DNA of 64,000 nt from a bacterium (GTDB taxonomy: Bacteria; Patescibacteriota; Saccharimonadia; Saccharimonadales; UBA4665): positions 11,347-75,346 of the forward strand of contig JAJYDV010000001.1 in assembly GCA_021777375.1 (NCBI GenBank). The letters are read 5' to 3'. The position numbers and the translations under genes are program-made. Below, piece after piece: positions 40,238-49,622 of the stretch; within the stretch, counting starts at the first letter, position 1; each line of letters opens with the position of its first letter. The notes below the pieces were generated by a model. That model saw nothing but the letters and a program-made list of their open reading frames with translations. It was not told the origin of the DNA and did not search any database.

Positions 40238-41302
40238 ATGGGCAGAATAACCAGCTTCGTCTTGCATAGATGGAAGTTGATCCTAAACGTTGCAACGGTC
40301 GTTGCTCTTTTACTGTTATTAGTTTTTATTAGGCACGATTTAGTTACGACTTTTCGTAATTTACTTAAAGTTAATGCCTGGGCGCTGATCCTAATGGTGC
40401 CTTTAGAGGCTTTAAACTACCATGCCCAAACCAGACTATATCAGCTACTCTTCACTATTTTGGGCAATAAGTTGCCGTATAGGCCGTTATTTATTGCCTC
40501 TCTGGAGTTGGCATTCGTAAATCATGTATTTCCAAGTGGTGGTGTTGCGGGGATATCATACTTTGGCTTCCGTTTTAAAGATAATAATATTAGTGGAGCC
40601 AAAGCAACCATGGTGCAGTTTATGAAGTTGCTGCTTACGATATTCTCATTTGAAGCATTGATTATCTTAGGTGTTTTCTTTTTGGCAATAGGCGGTCAGG
40701 TAAACCGCCTGATGATAATGGTGTCTGCAATACTGTCGACTCTCTTAATTGTTTGCACGCTACTGTTTATCTATACCATAGGAAATCGCAAGCGTATCAA
40801 GAAAGTACTTGAATTTTTTACAATTCTCTTCAACCGTCTAATACAAATGGTTCGGCCATCAGAAAAGGATGCGATCAATATAGAGAAAGCCAGGGAAGTA
40901 TTTGACGAGTTTCATGACACTTTCGTGGAAATGAGAAAAGATCACAATAAAATGCGTTCACCTTTGCTGTACGCGCTTCTGATGAATATTACCGAAATTG
41001 CGGTTATATTTGTGGTTTTTATTGCTTTTGGACATTTCGTGAATCTTGGAGCGATTATCCTAGCTTACGGAATTGCTAATTTTGCCGGTTTCGTGTCGAT
41101 ACTACCGGGAGGCATCGGCGTGTACGAAACTCTAATGATTGCAGTACTATTAGCCGCTGGAGTGTCTCCAGGCCTAAGTCTTCCAGTTATCATAATGTAT
41201 CGAGTGCTAAATACTTTGTTGCAGATGACCCCCGGCTACTATTACTATCAAAAAGAAATTTCTCGGCACGGTAAGCCTACGCACGGCGCAGAAATACTAT
41301 GA
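40238..41302 (+). CDS. Polytopic membrane protein, flippase-like (UPF0104 / LPG-synthase TM-region-like)
   Basis: About 8 TM helices with a central cytoplasmic loop. The LPGGIGVYE motif is typical of the family. Confidence 0.5.
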   Translation: MGRITSFVLHRWKLILNVATVVALLLLLVFIRHDLVTTFRNLLKVNAWALILMVPLEALNYHAQTRLYQLLFTILGNKLPYRPLFIASLELAFVNHVFPSGGVAGISYFGFRFKDNNISGAKATMVQFMKLLLTIFSFEALIILGVFFLAIGGQVNRLMIMVSAILSTLLIVCTLLFIYTIGNRKRIKKVLEFFTILFNRLIQMVRPSEKDAINIEKAREVFDEFHDTFVEMRKDHNKMRSPLLYALLMNITEIAVIFVVFIAFGHFVNLGAIILAYGIANFAGFVSILPGGIGVYETLMIAVLLAAGVSPGLSLPVIIMYRVLNTLLQMTPGYYYYQKEISRHGKPTHGAEIL

Positions 41303-42441
41303 TTCAGGCTGAAGCAGTCGAGTTTAGTGTTAGTGAGTTTGTCTCAGTATTTAACCAGACTCTTGAGTATGCTTACAGCGGCGTAGTTATTTATGGGGAG
41401 CTAGCCAACTTTCGTGTCTCCAAGGATAAGTGGATTTATTTTGATCTTAAGGATGAGGATGCCAATATTAACTTTTTTGGTACGCTGTATAATCTGCCGG
41501 GGCCACTGGAAAATGGAATGATGCTGAAGGTTAGAGGCATGCCAAGGTTGCATCCGCGGTACGGTTTTAGCATCACGGTAACCTCAATTTCGCCGGCCGG
41601 CAGGGGTACGATTAAGAGGCTTAGTGATTTGCTTAAAATAAAGCTTGAAAATGAGGGGCTGTTCGCAACTGAACGTAAGCGGACTCTACGTTATCCTCCG
41701 CAAAAAATTGGCTTAATTACATCTACCCAGTCCGCGGCTTTTACCGACTTTATCCGAATTATTAATAACCGCTGGGCAGGACTAAATATCCAGACTATTA
41801 ATGTTAGCGTTCAAGGAGATCAAGCGGCTGAAGAGATTATACAAGCCATAGAGACTTTCTCGACCATATCCGAACCGCCAGAAGTATTGGTAATTATTCG
41901 TGGCGGCGGTAGCCCCGAGGATCTAGCTTCATTTAACAATGAGAAGCTTGTTCGGTCAGTGGCTGCTAGCCGAATACCAACACTCGTGGCAATTGGGCAC
42001 GAGGTTGATGTTAGTCTTGCCGAGCTTGTAGCTGACATGCGCGCCTCGACACCTTCAAATGCAGCTGAATTACTAGTTCCCGATAAAAAAGCCGAATTGC
42101 TCCGCTTATTAAGCGTACCTGCTCATCTTCGGGCGAACCTGACACAACGCCTAAAAGCACAAAGTTTGCTTCTTGGCCAAGCCCAGGGTCAGATGACCTC
42201 GATTATTAAACTTAAATTTGAACGTGAACGGATTAAGGTCAGTGAGCAGTCACGGCTAGTTGCGGCGCTAAGCCCCAGGAATATTCTAAGAAAGGGCTAC
42301 GCGATAGTTTATGCTAATGGCCAGGTTAGCGATGGGCGCAGTCTTAAGACGGGTAGTATAGTATCTATTGAGCTGTACCGTGCTGCTTTTGAAGCGAGTG
42401 TACTTAAAAAACGGAAAGGTACTAGATATGGCCAAAAGTAA
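41299..42441 (+). CDS. xseA: Exodeoxyribonuclease VII large subunit
   Basis: N-terminal OB fold (GELANFRVSKDKWIYFDLKD), then IIRGGGSPEDL and a coiled-coil C-terminus. Confidence 0.9.
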   Translation: MIQAEAVEFSVSEFVSVFNQTLEYAYSGVVIYGELANFRVSKDKWIYFDLKDEDANINFFGTLYNLPGPLENGMMLKVRGMPRLHPRYGFSITVTSISPAGRGTIKRLSDLLKIKLENEGLFATERKRTLRYPPQKIGLITSTQSAAFTDFIRIINNRWAGLNIQTINVSVQGDQAAEEIIQAIETFSTISEPPEVLVIIRGGGSPEDLASFNNEKLVRSVAASRIPTLVAIGHEVDVSLAELVADMRASTPSNAAELLVPDKKAELLRLLSVPAHLRANLTQRLKAQSLLLGQAQGQMTSIIKLKFERERIKVSEQSRLVAALSPRNILRKGYAIVYANGQVSDGRSLKTGSIVSIELYRAAFEASVLKKRKGTRYGQK

Positions 42442-42646
42442 TGCTTCGTTCCAGATTGATTACCAAGAGCTAAGCCTTAAACTGGAGTCGGTAATCGCTA
42501 AACTTCAAGATGAGCAGACTTCTATTGATGAGTCCCTAAAGCTATATGAGCAGGCGACCAATATGGTAAAAGAACTAAGTGATTACCTAAAAACTGCCGA
42601 AAATCGTTTAACCTCTCTTTCCGAAAAGGTTATCGAGGGAAGATAG
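42428..42646 (+). CDS. xseB: Exodeoxyribonuclease VII small subunit
   Basis: XseB homology starts at MAKSNASFQIDYQELSLKLESVIAKLQ (ATG 42428). Overlaps the xseA stop by 14 nt. Confidence 0.85.
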   Translation: MAKSNASFQIDYQELSLKLESVIAKLQDEQTSIDESLKLYEQATNMVKELSDYLKTAENRLTSLSEKVIEGR

Positions 42647-42648
42647 CG

Positions 42649-43140
42649 TTGGCTCGGGCTCTGACGCTTGCAGCATCTGTAATTATTTTTAGCTTTGGTT
42701 TCGTATTGTTATTCGGTGCTCCTTATTTACCGACAATGAAAAGGCAGGTTAAAGTTGCAATCAAGCTTGCTAATTTAAGGCCGGGGCAGGTAATACTTGA
42801 ATTAGGATCTGGTGACGGTCGGGTTTTGATTGCTGCCGCTCAGGCCGGTTTAAATGCAATTGGCTATGAGATTAATCCGTTATTATTTTTATATAGTTTT
42901 GTCAGAACCAGGCGCTACCGTAAACAAATAAAAGTGGTACTTGGAAATTTTTGGTCTCAATCATGGCCCAAATGTGATGCGATCTATGTCTTTCTACTAC
43001 CCAGACTAATGAGTAAACTTGAAAAAAAAATTCGTTCAGAGGGCTTGACTAAGGTGACTGTAATAAGCTTTGCTTTTAAGTTTAGCGATTTAACTCCCGT
43101 AGATGAGGCGCAAGGAATTTTTGCTTATCGGCTTAAGTGA
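42649..43140 (+). CDS. Small class I SAM-dependent methyltransferase with N-terminal TM helix
   Basis: Motif I ILELGSGDGRVLIAAA. TTG start. 163 aa. Confidence 0.6.
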   Translation: MARALTLAASVIIFSFGFVLLFGAPYLPTMKRQVKVAIKLANLRPGQVILELGSGDGRVLIAAAQAGLNAIGYEINPLLFLYSFVRTRRYRKQIKVVLGNFWSQSWPKCDAIYVFLLPRLMSKLEKKIRSEGLTKVTVISFAFKFSDLTPVDEAQGIFAYRLK

Positions 43141-43184
43141 AGCCGTTGCGAGCAAGTTAAAACTAGGTTACCATAAGCATATAT

Positions 43185-43841
43185 ATGAAAAGATTGTCCG
43201 ATAACGGTAGTATTAGCGGTATGAGCGTTGCTTTTATCGCAGTCTGCGTTGCCCTAGTCGCGGCCATTATTTTTGGTTTTAGTTCTTACTCTAGTGAGAA
43301 GAAATACAAGAACGACGATAACCAGATGATTAATCAGGCCGTTAGCATAGCTAAACAGAAACTTGCGGCGCAGCTGAATGCCCAATTTCAAGCTCAAAAT
43401 AATGCAACGGTAACTAGTTACACTGGTCCTTCGCAATACGGAAGTATAGTCTTAAGCTATCCGAAGGCTTGGAGCGGATATGTAGACACTACCGGAGGTA
43501 ACCCTGTAAACGGTTACTTTAATCCAGGCGTAGTACCGTCTGTCGGAGACCAAAGTAATCTTTTCGCGCTGCGTTTAGAGGTGGTTGCCGACTCCTATAG
43601 CGATCAACTAGCACAATATACCAATCAACAAGGAGTCCCCTTAACAATTACGCCTTATGCGCTTAAACGGGTACCGCAAATAGTGGGTGTCATGATTAGT
43701 GGCCAAATACAGCAACAAAAGCAAGGTGTCATGGTTATGTTGCCGCTCAGGACAGATACGCTCGAAATATGGACCGAATCAACCCAGTATTCAAATCTAT
43801 TTACCAACCAGATACTTAATACTGTGACTTTCCAGCCTTAG
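43185..43841 (+). CDS. Membrane-anchored hypothetical protein
   Basis: Single N-terminal TM helix and an extracytoplasmic domain. No recognisable motif. Confidence 0.45.
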   Translation: MKRLSDNGSISGMSVAFIAVCVALVAAIIFGFSSYSSEKKYKNDDNQMINQAVSIAKQKLAAQLNAQFQAQNNATVTSYTGPSQYGSIVLSYPKAWSGYVDTTGGNPVNGYFNPGVVPSVGDQSNLFALRLEVVADSYSDQLAQYTNQQGVPLTITPYALKRVPQIVGVMISGQIQQQKQGVMVMLPLRTDTLEIWTESTQYSNLFTNQILNTVTFQP

Positions 43842-43968
43842 CTATTGATACTATCTAGACATCAAACACAAGTAGCTAGCTTTTTCTTAAAAGGGCAGCT
43901 TTGTCTGTTGTCTGTAAGAGTATATAATTCTAATTACAAAAACGTGGGCAAAAGGGAACATAAAAAAT

Positions 43969-44688
43969 ATGACTTCGATCTTGCCGCCGGGTTCTATGTT
44001 GTCGCAGCATCTTTTGCTGTCGATTGCTGAGCAAATAAAACTACCGTTGATTCAAATTTCTCGTCAGGCAGAATTTGGCACACTTGGCTTAGAGACTGAT
44101 CTAGCTCAAATTAAAACTCTTGCCGATAACGGTATTAAATTAGTCGAGAGCTATGCAATGGGTTTACAGTTAGCAAACCAGAATAGCTATGAATTGGCGC
44201 CCGAAGCGGTTTCCGTTGCATCGATACTTTATGAGGCAGATCAGCAGTTACGCGAATTGGCGCGGCTATATAATGTATCACTTGAACTGAATATTCGTGG
44301 ACGTTTTGAACCTGTCCTAGCTCATCGTCAGGGCTTGCAGGCAGCGGTTGTAGGTCTAGCTAGTGCGCTAATAGAAGCACTGCCAGCGCAAAATAGCGGT
44401 CAACAAACGACACTTCAATTGGCTACGCATCGTTGCAGATATGGTATTGTGGCCGGTGTTTACGCGGATATACCTAATCTTAGTAGCGAAGCTTTAAAAC
44501 GGGGACGTAAGCTCTACGGAGTATCTAGGCAGCCCTTAGTGAATGTCAGTCATAATTCCGCTGCCGGTATTTTTGTAGCTGATGCTATTTTTAGAGCAAT
44601 GAATCTTAAGCTGCATATATCACGGCATCACCGTTTGTACGGTTTGGGTGTCGTACTCCAAACTTCTTCGCAATTGGCATTAGTGTAG
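43969..44688 (+). CDS. Degenerate histidine-kinase-like protein (DHp/CA-like fold signature without His or ATP-binding boxes)
   Basis: AEQIKLPL aligns to the H-box SHELRTPL (His to Glu). PVLAHRQGLQAAVVGLASALIEAL aligns to the N-box region without its Asn. No DxGxG or GxGLG motifs. No TM helix. Confidence 0.45.
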   Translation: MTSILPPGSMLSQHLLLSIAEQIKLPLIQISRQAEFGTLGLETDLAQIKTLADNGIKLVESYAMGLQLANQNSYELAPEAVSVASILYEADQQLRELARLYNVSLELNIRGRFEPVLAHRQGLQAAVVGLASALIEALPAQNSGQQTTLQLATHRCRYGIVAGVYADIPNLSSEALKRGRKLYGVSRQPLVNVSHNSAAGIFVADAIFRAMNLKLHISRHHRLYGLGVVLQTSSQLALV

Positions 44689-44699
44689 GCACAAAATAA

Positions 44700-45119
44700 A
44701 TGGCTACCCTGAAGAAGATTTTAATTATTGAGCCGGACAAGGTTCTTGGTCAAACTTTAAGTAGCGCCTTAAAGTCGAATGGCTATAAAGTAGTTCATGT
44801 GGCTACTGCTCAAGATGGAGTCACGCAAGCTGACCAGACGACTCCTGACCTAGTGATTTTAGAACTTCAGTTAGTTGGCCATAGCGGTATCGAATTTCTG
44901 TGTGAGTTTAGGTCATATAGAGACTGGGCAAACGTCCCAGTTATAATTTATTCCAGCGTACCGCCACTTGAATTTGGAGCTAGCCAGGATAGTTTAAGAG
45001 GAGAGCTTGGGGTGGTCGCCTATCTATATAAAGCAAGCACCTCTCTTCTTGAATTGTTAAGAACAATTGAGGATAACCTCTCCATGAGGCGGGAATTAAA
45101 GGTCGATGCAGCAACTTAA
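44700..45119 (+). CDS. Atypical receiver domain with Glu at the phospho-acceptor position
   Basis: Receiver pattern KILIIEPD..DLVILELQL..VIIYSS..AYLYKAS. The canonical Asp in hhhhD is replaced by Glu, and the DD pocket is replaced by EPD. Confidence 0.6.
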   Translation: MATLKKILIIEPDKVLGQTLSSALKSNGYKVVHVATAQDGVTQADQTTPDLVILELQLVGHSGIEFLCEFRSYRDWANVPVIIYSSVPPLEFGASQDSLRGELGVVAYLYKASTSLLELLRTIEDNLSMRRELKVDAAT

Positions 45120-45795
45120 GACCAAGGCAATTGTTCTGAACCGGACAAACTATGGGGAAGCTGATCGCATAATTACTGTATTAACTCCCAAGTCTGGTAA
45201 GTTACATTTAATGGCGCGGGGAGTAAGGACTCTTAAGAGCAAATTAGCTGGCGGTATCGAGCTGTTCTCGATAAACGATATTTCATACATACCTGGCAAA
45301 AGTGGCCTAGCGACTTTGGTTTCAGCGCGGCTGGACTCGTATTTTCCGAAAATTCTTACGGATATCGAACGAGTACAGTTTGGCTATGAACTTCTTAAAA
45401 TAATTAATCGAGTAACTGAAGATGAGCCAGAACCGGCATATTTTGACCTTGTTAAAGATACTCTATTAGGGTTAAATGACCTCGAGATTCCACTTAACGT
45501 TTCAAAACTATGGTTTATGTGCCAGCTGCTAGCTCTTTCTGGACATATGCCAAACATGATTACGGACACCAAGGGTCTTGTGTTAGCACAAGATTGTAGT
45601 TTTAATTTTGACACCTCAACAATGACTTTTGTCCCCCAAGATATAGGTGGTAAGTATAGCCCAGAACAAATTAAATTTTTGCGACTAATGTTTGCGGTCA
45701 GCAGTCCTAAACCAATGGCACGCGTTATAAAGGCAGATGCTCTTGCTCAGCAAGTAGCCGGGCTAATTAACATGCTTTACGAGCATCAACTTTAA
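45106..45795 (+). CDS. recO: DNA repair protein RecO
   Basis: N-terminal OB fold KAIVLNRTNYGEADRIITVLT. 229 aa. Confidence 0.85.
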   Translation: MQQLKTKAIVLNRTNYGEADRIITVLTPKSGKLHLMARGVRTLKSKLAGGIELFSINDISYIPGKSGLATLVSARLDSYFPKILTDIERVQFGYELLKIINRVTEDEPEPAYFDLVKDTLLGLNDLEIPLNVSKLWFMCQLLALSGHMPNMITDTKGLVLAQDCSFNFDTSTMTFVPQDIGGKYSPEQIKFLRLMFAVSSPKPMARVIKADALAQQVAGLINMLYEHQL

Positions 45796-45857
45796 CGGAT
45801 AGTGTTATAGGGGCTATAAGGGTATAATCGATAGATAATAATTGAGCCTAAAATCAT

Positions 45858-47213
45858 ATGAACCGACCAACCATGGAAGATATAGTCAGCCTCTCGAAAC
45901 GACGGGGTTTTGTTTTTCAATCAAGTGAGATTTATGGCGGACTAGCAGGGTTCTTCGATTATGGGCCTCTAGGCATTGAACTGACCAACAACCTTAAACG
46001 GTTATGGTGGGATTCGCTAGTACACTACCGTGATGACATCTTTGGCGTAGACGGCGCAATAATTCAAAATCCGTTACTTTGGCAGGCTAGTGGCCATGTC
46101 GCCGGCTTTACTGATCCGATGGTCGAGGACACGGTCACCCATAAGCGTTATCGGGCCGATCAGCTAGCTGGCGTTGATACAACGGACTTAGCAGAGCTCT
46201 CTAAACTACTTAAGGAAAAGAAATCACCGGATGGCAATCCTTTGGGCGAACCAAGATATTTCAATATGATGATGCAAACCTGGGTTGGGCCGGTTCAGGA
46301 AGAAGCTGCGAAAGTATATTTACGCCCCGAAACCGCCGGCTCAATATTTACTAATTTCTTAAACATTAAAGAAACGATGCGCGCCAAAGTTCCATTTGGA
46401 ATTGCTCAAATCGGCAAGGCTTTTCGTAATGAGATTTCGCCTCGTGATTTTATATTTCGGGTACGTGAGCTTGAGCAGATGGAAATGCAATATTTTATAA
46501 ATCCTAAAGACCAGCAGGAAGTTTATGATAATTGGCGAGCTTTTGCCTGGAATTTTTTAACTGAGAGACTTGGTATTAAAGAGAGCAGCTTGAGTTGGCA
46601 CGAGCATGGTGAAACTGAGCGTGCTCATTATGCCAAGGCCGCTCACGATGTCTACTTTAATTTTCCTCAAGGCCCAAAAGAACTATGGGGTACCCATAAC
46701 CGGAGTGACTTTGATCTATCTAGCCATGCAAAGGCTAGCGGCAAAGACCTAAGTTACCTAGATGAGCAAAGTGGTGAACGCTTTACACCCTATGTAATTG
46801 AATCGTCGGTCGGCGTCGGAAGGATGCTTCTGGCTGTACTAACTGATGCCTTTACTCGTGATAGTGTTGCAGGGGAAGAACGTATTGTGCTAAAGCTCCA
46901 TCCACGGATTGCTCCGGTTAAAGTAGCAGTCAGTCCGTTGCTCAAAAACAAACCCGAACTTGTTTCTTTCGCACGCGAGATATATGCGCAACTAAAAAGA
47001 GAGTTTGGTATGGTGTTGTGGGATGATAATGGTAACATCGGCAAGCGCTACCGCCGTCAGGATGAAATAGGGACTCCTTTCTGCATAACTGTAGATTTTG
47101 AGTCTTTGGCAAATCAGTCGGTTACCGTAAGAGACCGTGACACCGCCAAACAGATAAGAATAAATATTGATGACTTGCCCCAAACTTTAAGGCAAAAATT
47201 GGAGCAGAATTAA
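45858..47213 (+). CDS. glyQS: Glycyl-tRNA synthetase (alpha2 dimeric type)
   Basis: RRGFVFQSSEIYGG N-terminus and motif 2 FRNEISPR. 451 aa. Confidence 0.93.
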   Translation: MNRPTMEDIVSLSKRRGFVFQSSEIYGGLAGFFDYGPLGIELTNNLKRLWWDSLVHYRDDIFGVDGAIIQNPLLWQASGHVAGFTDPMVEDTVTHKRYRADQLAGVDTTDLAELSKLLKEKKSPDGNPLGEPRYFNMMMQTWVGPVQEEAAKVYLRPETAGSIFTNFLNIKETMRAKVPFGIAQIGKAFRNEISPRDFIFRVRELEQMEMQYFINPKDQQEVYDNWRAFAWNFLTERLGIKESSLSWHEHGETERAHYAKAAHDVYFNFPQGPKELWGTHNRSDFDLSSHAKASGKDLSYLDEQSGERFTPYVIESSVGVGRMLLAVLTDAFTRDSVAGEERIVLKLHPRIAPVKVAVSPLLKNKPELVSFAREIYAQLKREFGMVLWDDNGNIGKRYRRQDEIGTPFCITVDFESLANQSVTVRDRDTAKQIRINIDDLPQTLRQKLEQN

Positions 47214-47216
47214 GAT

Positions 47217-47792
47217 ATGTTAGTTAGACGCAAGGCTAAAAAGGCGCCAAATGTGTATGCTTTTATCGATAGCCAAAATCTAAACCTGGGAGTGCAAAAA
47301 GTTGGCTGGAAGATGGATTGGCGAGCATTCAGGGCGTATCTTAAAGAGCAGTTCAATGTTACTAAAGCTTTTATGTTTATCGGCTATATGCAAGAAAATG
47401 AAGCGTTGTATGAACATATGCACGAGCTTGGTTACCTGATTGCCTTAAAGCCGACGGTCGATGTATCCACCGGCGACAAGGAAGGTGAGGACTATAAACC
47501 GGTTGTTAAGGGAAATATTGATGCCGATCTAGTGCTTTACGCAATGAAGGAACTTCCCAATTATGACAAAGCAATTATTGTTTCTGGAGACGGAGATTTC
47601 GTTAGCCTAATCGAATATCTATCGAGCCAGAATAAACTGCTGCATGTACTTGCCCCGAACTGGCAATACTCATCTCTATTAAAACCCTGGGAAAAATATA
47701 TTATTCGCATTGATCAACTTAGGCAGAAACTAGCATATAAAGATCATCGCCGCCGCAACAGCATAAATCAGCAAAAACCAAGCACCACATAA
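47217..47792 (+). CDS. NYN-domain (LabA/PIN-like) putative ribonuclease
   Basis: YAFIDSQNLNLG and VSGDGDF acidic motifs, typical of NYN domains. Confidence 0.7.
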   Translation: MLVRRKAKKAPNVYAFIDSQNLNLGVQKVGWKMDWRAFRAYLKEQFNVTKAFMFIGYMQENEALYEHMHELGYLIALKPTVDVSTGDKEGEDYKPVVKGNIDADLVLYAMKELPNYDKAIIVSGDGDFVSLIEYLSSQNKLLHVLAPNWQYSSLLKPWEKYIIRIDQLRQKLAYKDHRRRNSINQQKPSTT

Positions 47793-47846
47793 GTCATTTA
47801 AGTAATATAATTTAGCCCGCCTTAATGAGAGAGGGCTAAAATTTTG

Positions 47847-49202
47847 ATGACCCAGAACAGGGCTTTGGAAATATTAAACAGCGGCGCAAGCATATTCTTG
47901 ACTGGTCCACCGGGATCCGGCAAAAGCTATGTTTTAGAGCAATTTGTAATTAATGCAAGACGTATTGGTAAGCGTTTAGCGGTAACTGCAACTACTGGTA
48001 TCGCAGCCAGTTTACTTGGAGGGGCAACAATTCACTCCTGGTCAGGGCTAGGCGTAAGACAACGTCTTGAGCCTAGAGAAATAGAGTATCTCATTAAAGA
48101 CCCGTGCCTGTTTGGGCGTTTGAACGAAGTTGAAATCTTAATTATTGATGAAATTTCAATGCTTGAAGCGGTAACGCTAGACAGTCTAGATGCTTTACTT
48201 AAAGCTGCTCGATCGTCATTCTTGCCATTTGGGGGGATACAGGTCGTATTGTCCGGTGATTTTTTTCAGCTTCCACCAGTAAGTAAAAACCCTAATCCCT
48301 ACTGTTTCTTGTCTAAATCCTGGAATGAAGCTAATCTATTAGTTTGTTATTTAAGTGAACAGCACCGTCAGTTACCTGATGAGTTGACTGAAATTCTAAC
48401 CGCTCTTAGGGATCAACGTTTTAATAAATATCATTTAGCATTACTTAGTGCGCGGCAGAATATAGCTCATCCTCCGCTCACTGTTTTGATGACCCATAAC
48501 AAAGATGTGGATAGTTTAAATAATCAGCGCTTGGCTAAGACTAGCGGACGTTCCAAAGTCTATGTCGGTCAATTGATTGGGCAACCTCAAATAGCCAATG
48601 ACTTACTACGATCCGTGCTTGCGCCTAAGGTATTAACTTTGAAAGTTGGAGCACAAGTCATGTTTGTAGCAAATGATCCTTTAAAACGCTACGTTAATGG
48701 CTCACAAGGCAGGGTGGTAGGCTTTCGTCACGAGTTGCCAGTAATCGAGCTAAAAGAAAATAAAAGTGTCATTGTTGCTGAGGCTTTTAGCTGGAAAAAA
48801 GAGGCCGATAATCGAGCAGCGGAATTAATCCAGATACCGCTGAAGCTTGCCTGGGCAATAACAATCCATAAGTGTCAAGGTATGAGTCTGGATGCAGCAG
48901 ATATTGATCTAAAAAGAAGTTTTGTAAGTGGCATGGGCTATGTCGCTCTAAGCCGTCTAAAAAACTATAAAGGTCTATATCTAAGAAGCTATAATAGTCG
49001 ATCATTAGAGTTGGATAGGGTAGTATATGGTTTCGATCGCGAGTTACGCAAAAAATCAGGACTAAATGAATTAAAATCTCAAAACTATAGCCCACGCAAA
49101 ATGGCGCATCTTCTTAGACGGGCAGGAGTTAAACGACAAATTATTAAACAGACTACAGGGCTAAGCGACAGACAGCTAGGGGCGATTTTAAAGCATGAAT
49201 AA
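47847..49202 (+). CDS. PIF1/RecD-like superfamily 1B DNA helicase with C-terminal HTH-like tail
   Basis: Walker A GPPGSGKS, Walker B IIDEISM, then GDFFQLPPV and ITIHKCQGMSLD. Confidence 0.8.
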   Translation: MTQNRALEILNSGASIFLTGPPGSGKSYVLEQFVINARRIGKRLAVTATTGIAASLLGGATIHSWSGLGVRQRLEPREIEYLIKDPCLFGRLNEVEILIIDEISMLEAVTLDSLDALLKAARSSFLPFGGIQVVLSGDFFQLPPVSKNPNPYCFLSKSWNEANLLVCYLSEQHRQLPDELTEILTALRDQRFNKYHLALLSARQNIAHPPLTVLMTHNKDVDSLNNQRLAKTSGRSKVYVGQLIGQPQIANDLLRSVLAPKVLTLKVGAQVMFVANDPLKRYVNGSQGRVVGFRHELPVIELKENKSVIVAEAFSWKKEADNRAAELIQIPLKLAWAITIHKCQGMSLDAADIDLKRSFVSGMGYVALSRLKNYKGLYLRSYNSRSLELDRVVYGFDRELRKKSGLNELKSQNYSPRKMAHLLRRAGVKRQIIKQTTGLSDRQLGAILKHE

Positions 49203-49299
49203 ATAATGTATTCAATAGTCAACGACCTCTGTAATATCGAATTATTTAGTTAGTGTACAAATAGGCATTTAGTTACGTATCAAATTTGAAGATCCTTAC

Positions 49300-49308
49300 T
49301 TGTCCACA
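49300..49308 (+). promoter_or_regulatory. DnaA-box-like 9-mer TTGTCCACA (1 mismatch) in the loop of an inverted repeat
   Basis: Reverse complement CTGTGGACAA is related to CTGTGGATAA at 6389 and 58197. Flanked by ATCCTTA (49292-49298) and TAAGGAT (49321-49327). Confidence 0.3.
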
Positions 49309-49510
49309 GATTAAAATTCTTAAGGATTTATTCATTTTAGACAGTTAGCTCGATATCTTTTTTAATGTTAACACCTTATTTATCAGGTTTTGATGGGCCT
49401 AAAATCTATTTTTGCTGGATTTGGTTGAATTGTTCGGAAGATGCATTTAAGGAGTTAATTAGAAAACAAAGCTAAAGTGGTGTCAAAATCACGACTATAT
49501 TTTGCGAAAA

Positions 49511-49543
49511 TGGGTTGCAGTGGGTAGAAGTGGGTAGTATATT
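49511..49543 (+). promoter_or_regulatory. MraZ operator (three TGGGT direct repeats at 10-bp spacing) overlapping the dcw promoter
   Basis: TGGGT at 49511, 49521 and 49531. Overlaps TTGCAG (49515-49520), 17-nt spacer, TATATT (49538-49543). Confidence 0.7.
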
Positions 49544-49622
49544 CGCTATAGTGGCAATTACGGGAAAACACCAAAATAGTGTAAACCGTACAAAAATAAA
49601 AACCACTAGTACAGAAAAAGGG

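Noticed and set aside
42368-42427. Longer xseB ORF starting inside xseA.
   Set aside because: XseB similarity starts at MAKSNASF (42428). The upstream 20 codons are simply the alternate frame of the xseA 3' end.
43845-44030. 61-aa ORF between the membrane-anchored protein and the HK-like gene.
   Set aside because: It starts with TTG, overlaps a likely promoter (TTGTCT, 16-nt spacer, TATAAT) and the start of the next gene, and resembles no known family.
49515-49622. TTG-initiated N-terminal extension of mraZ (MQWVEVGS...).
   Set aside because: The extension is read straight through the TGGGT operator repeats and the promoter. The MraZ domain starts at MATIDYFERRLDDKKR (ATG 49623).
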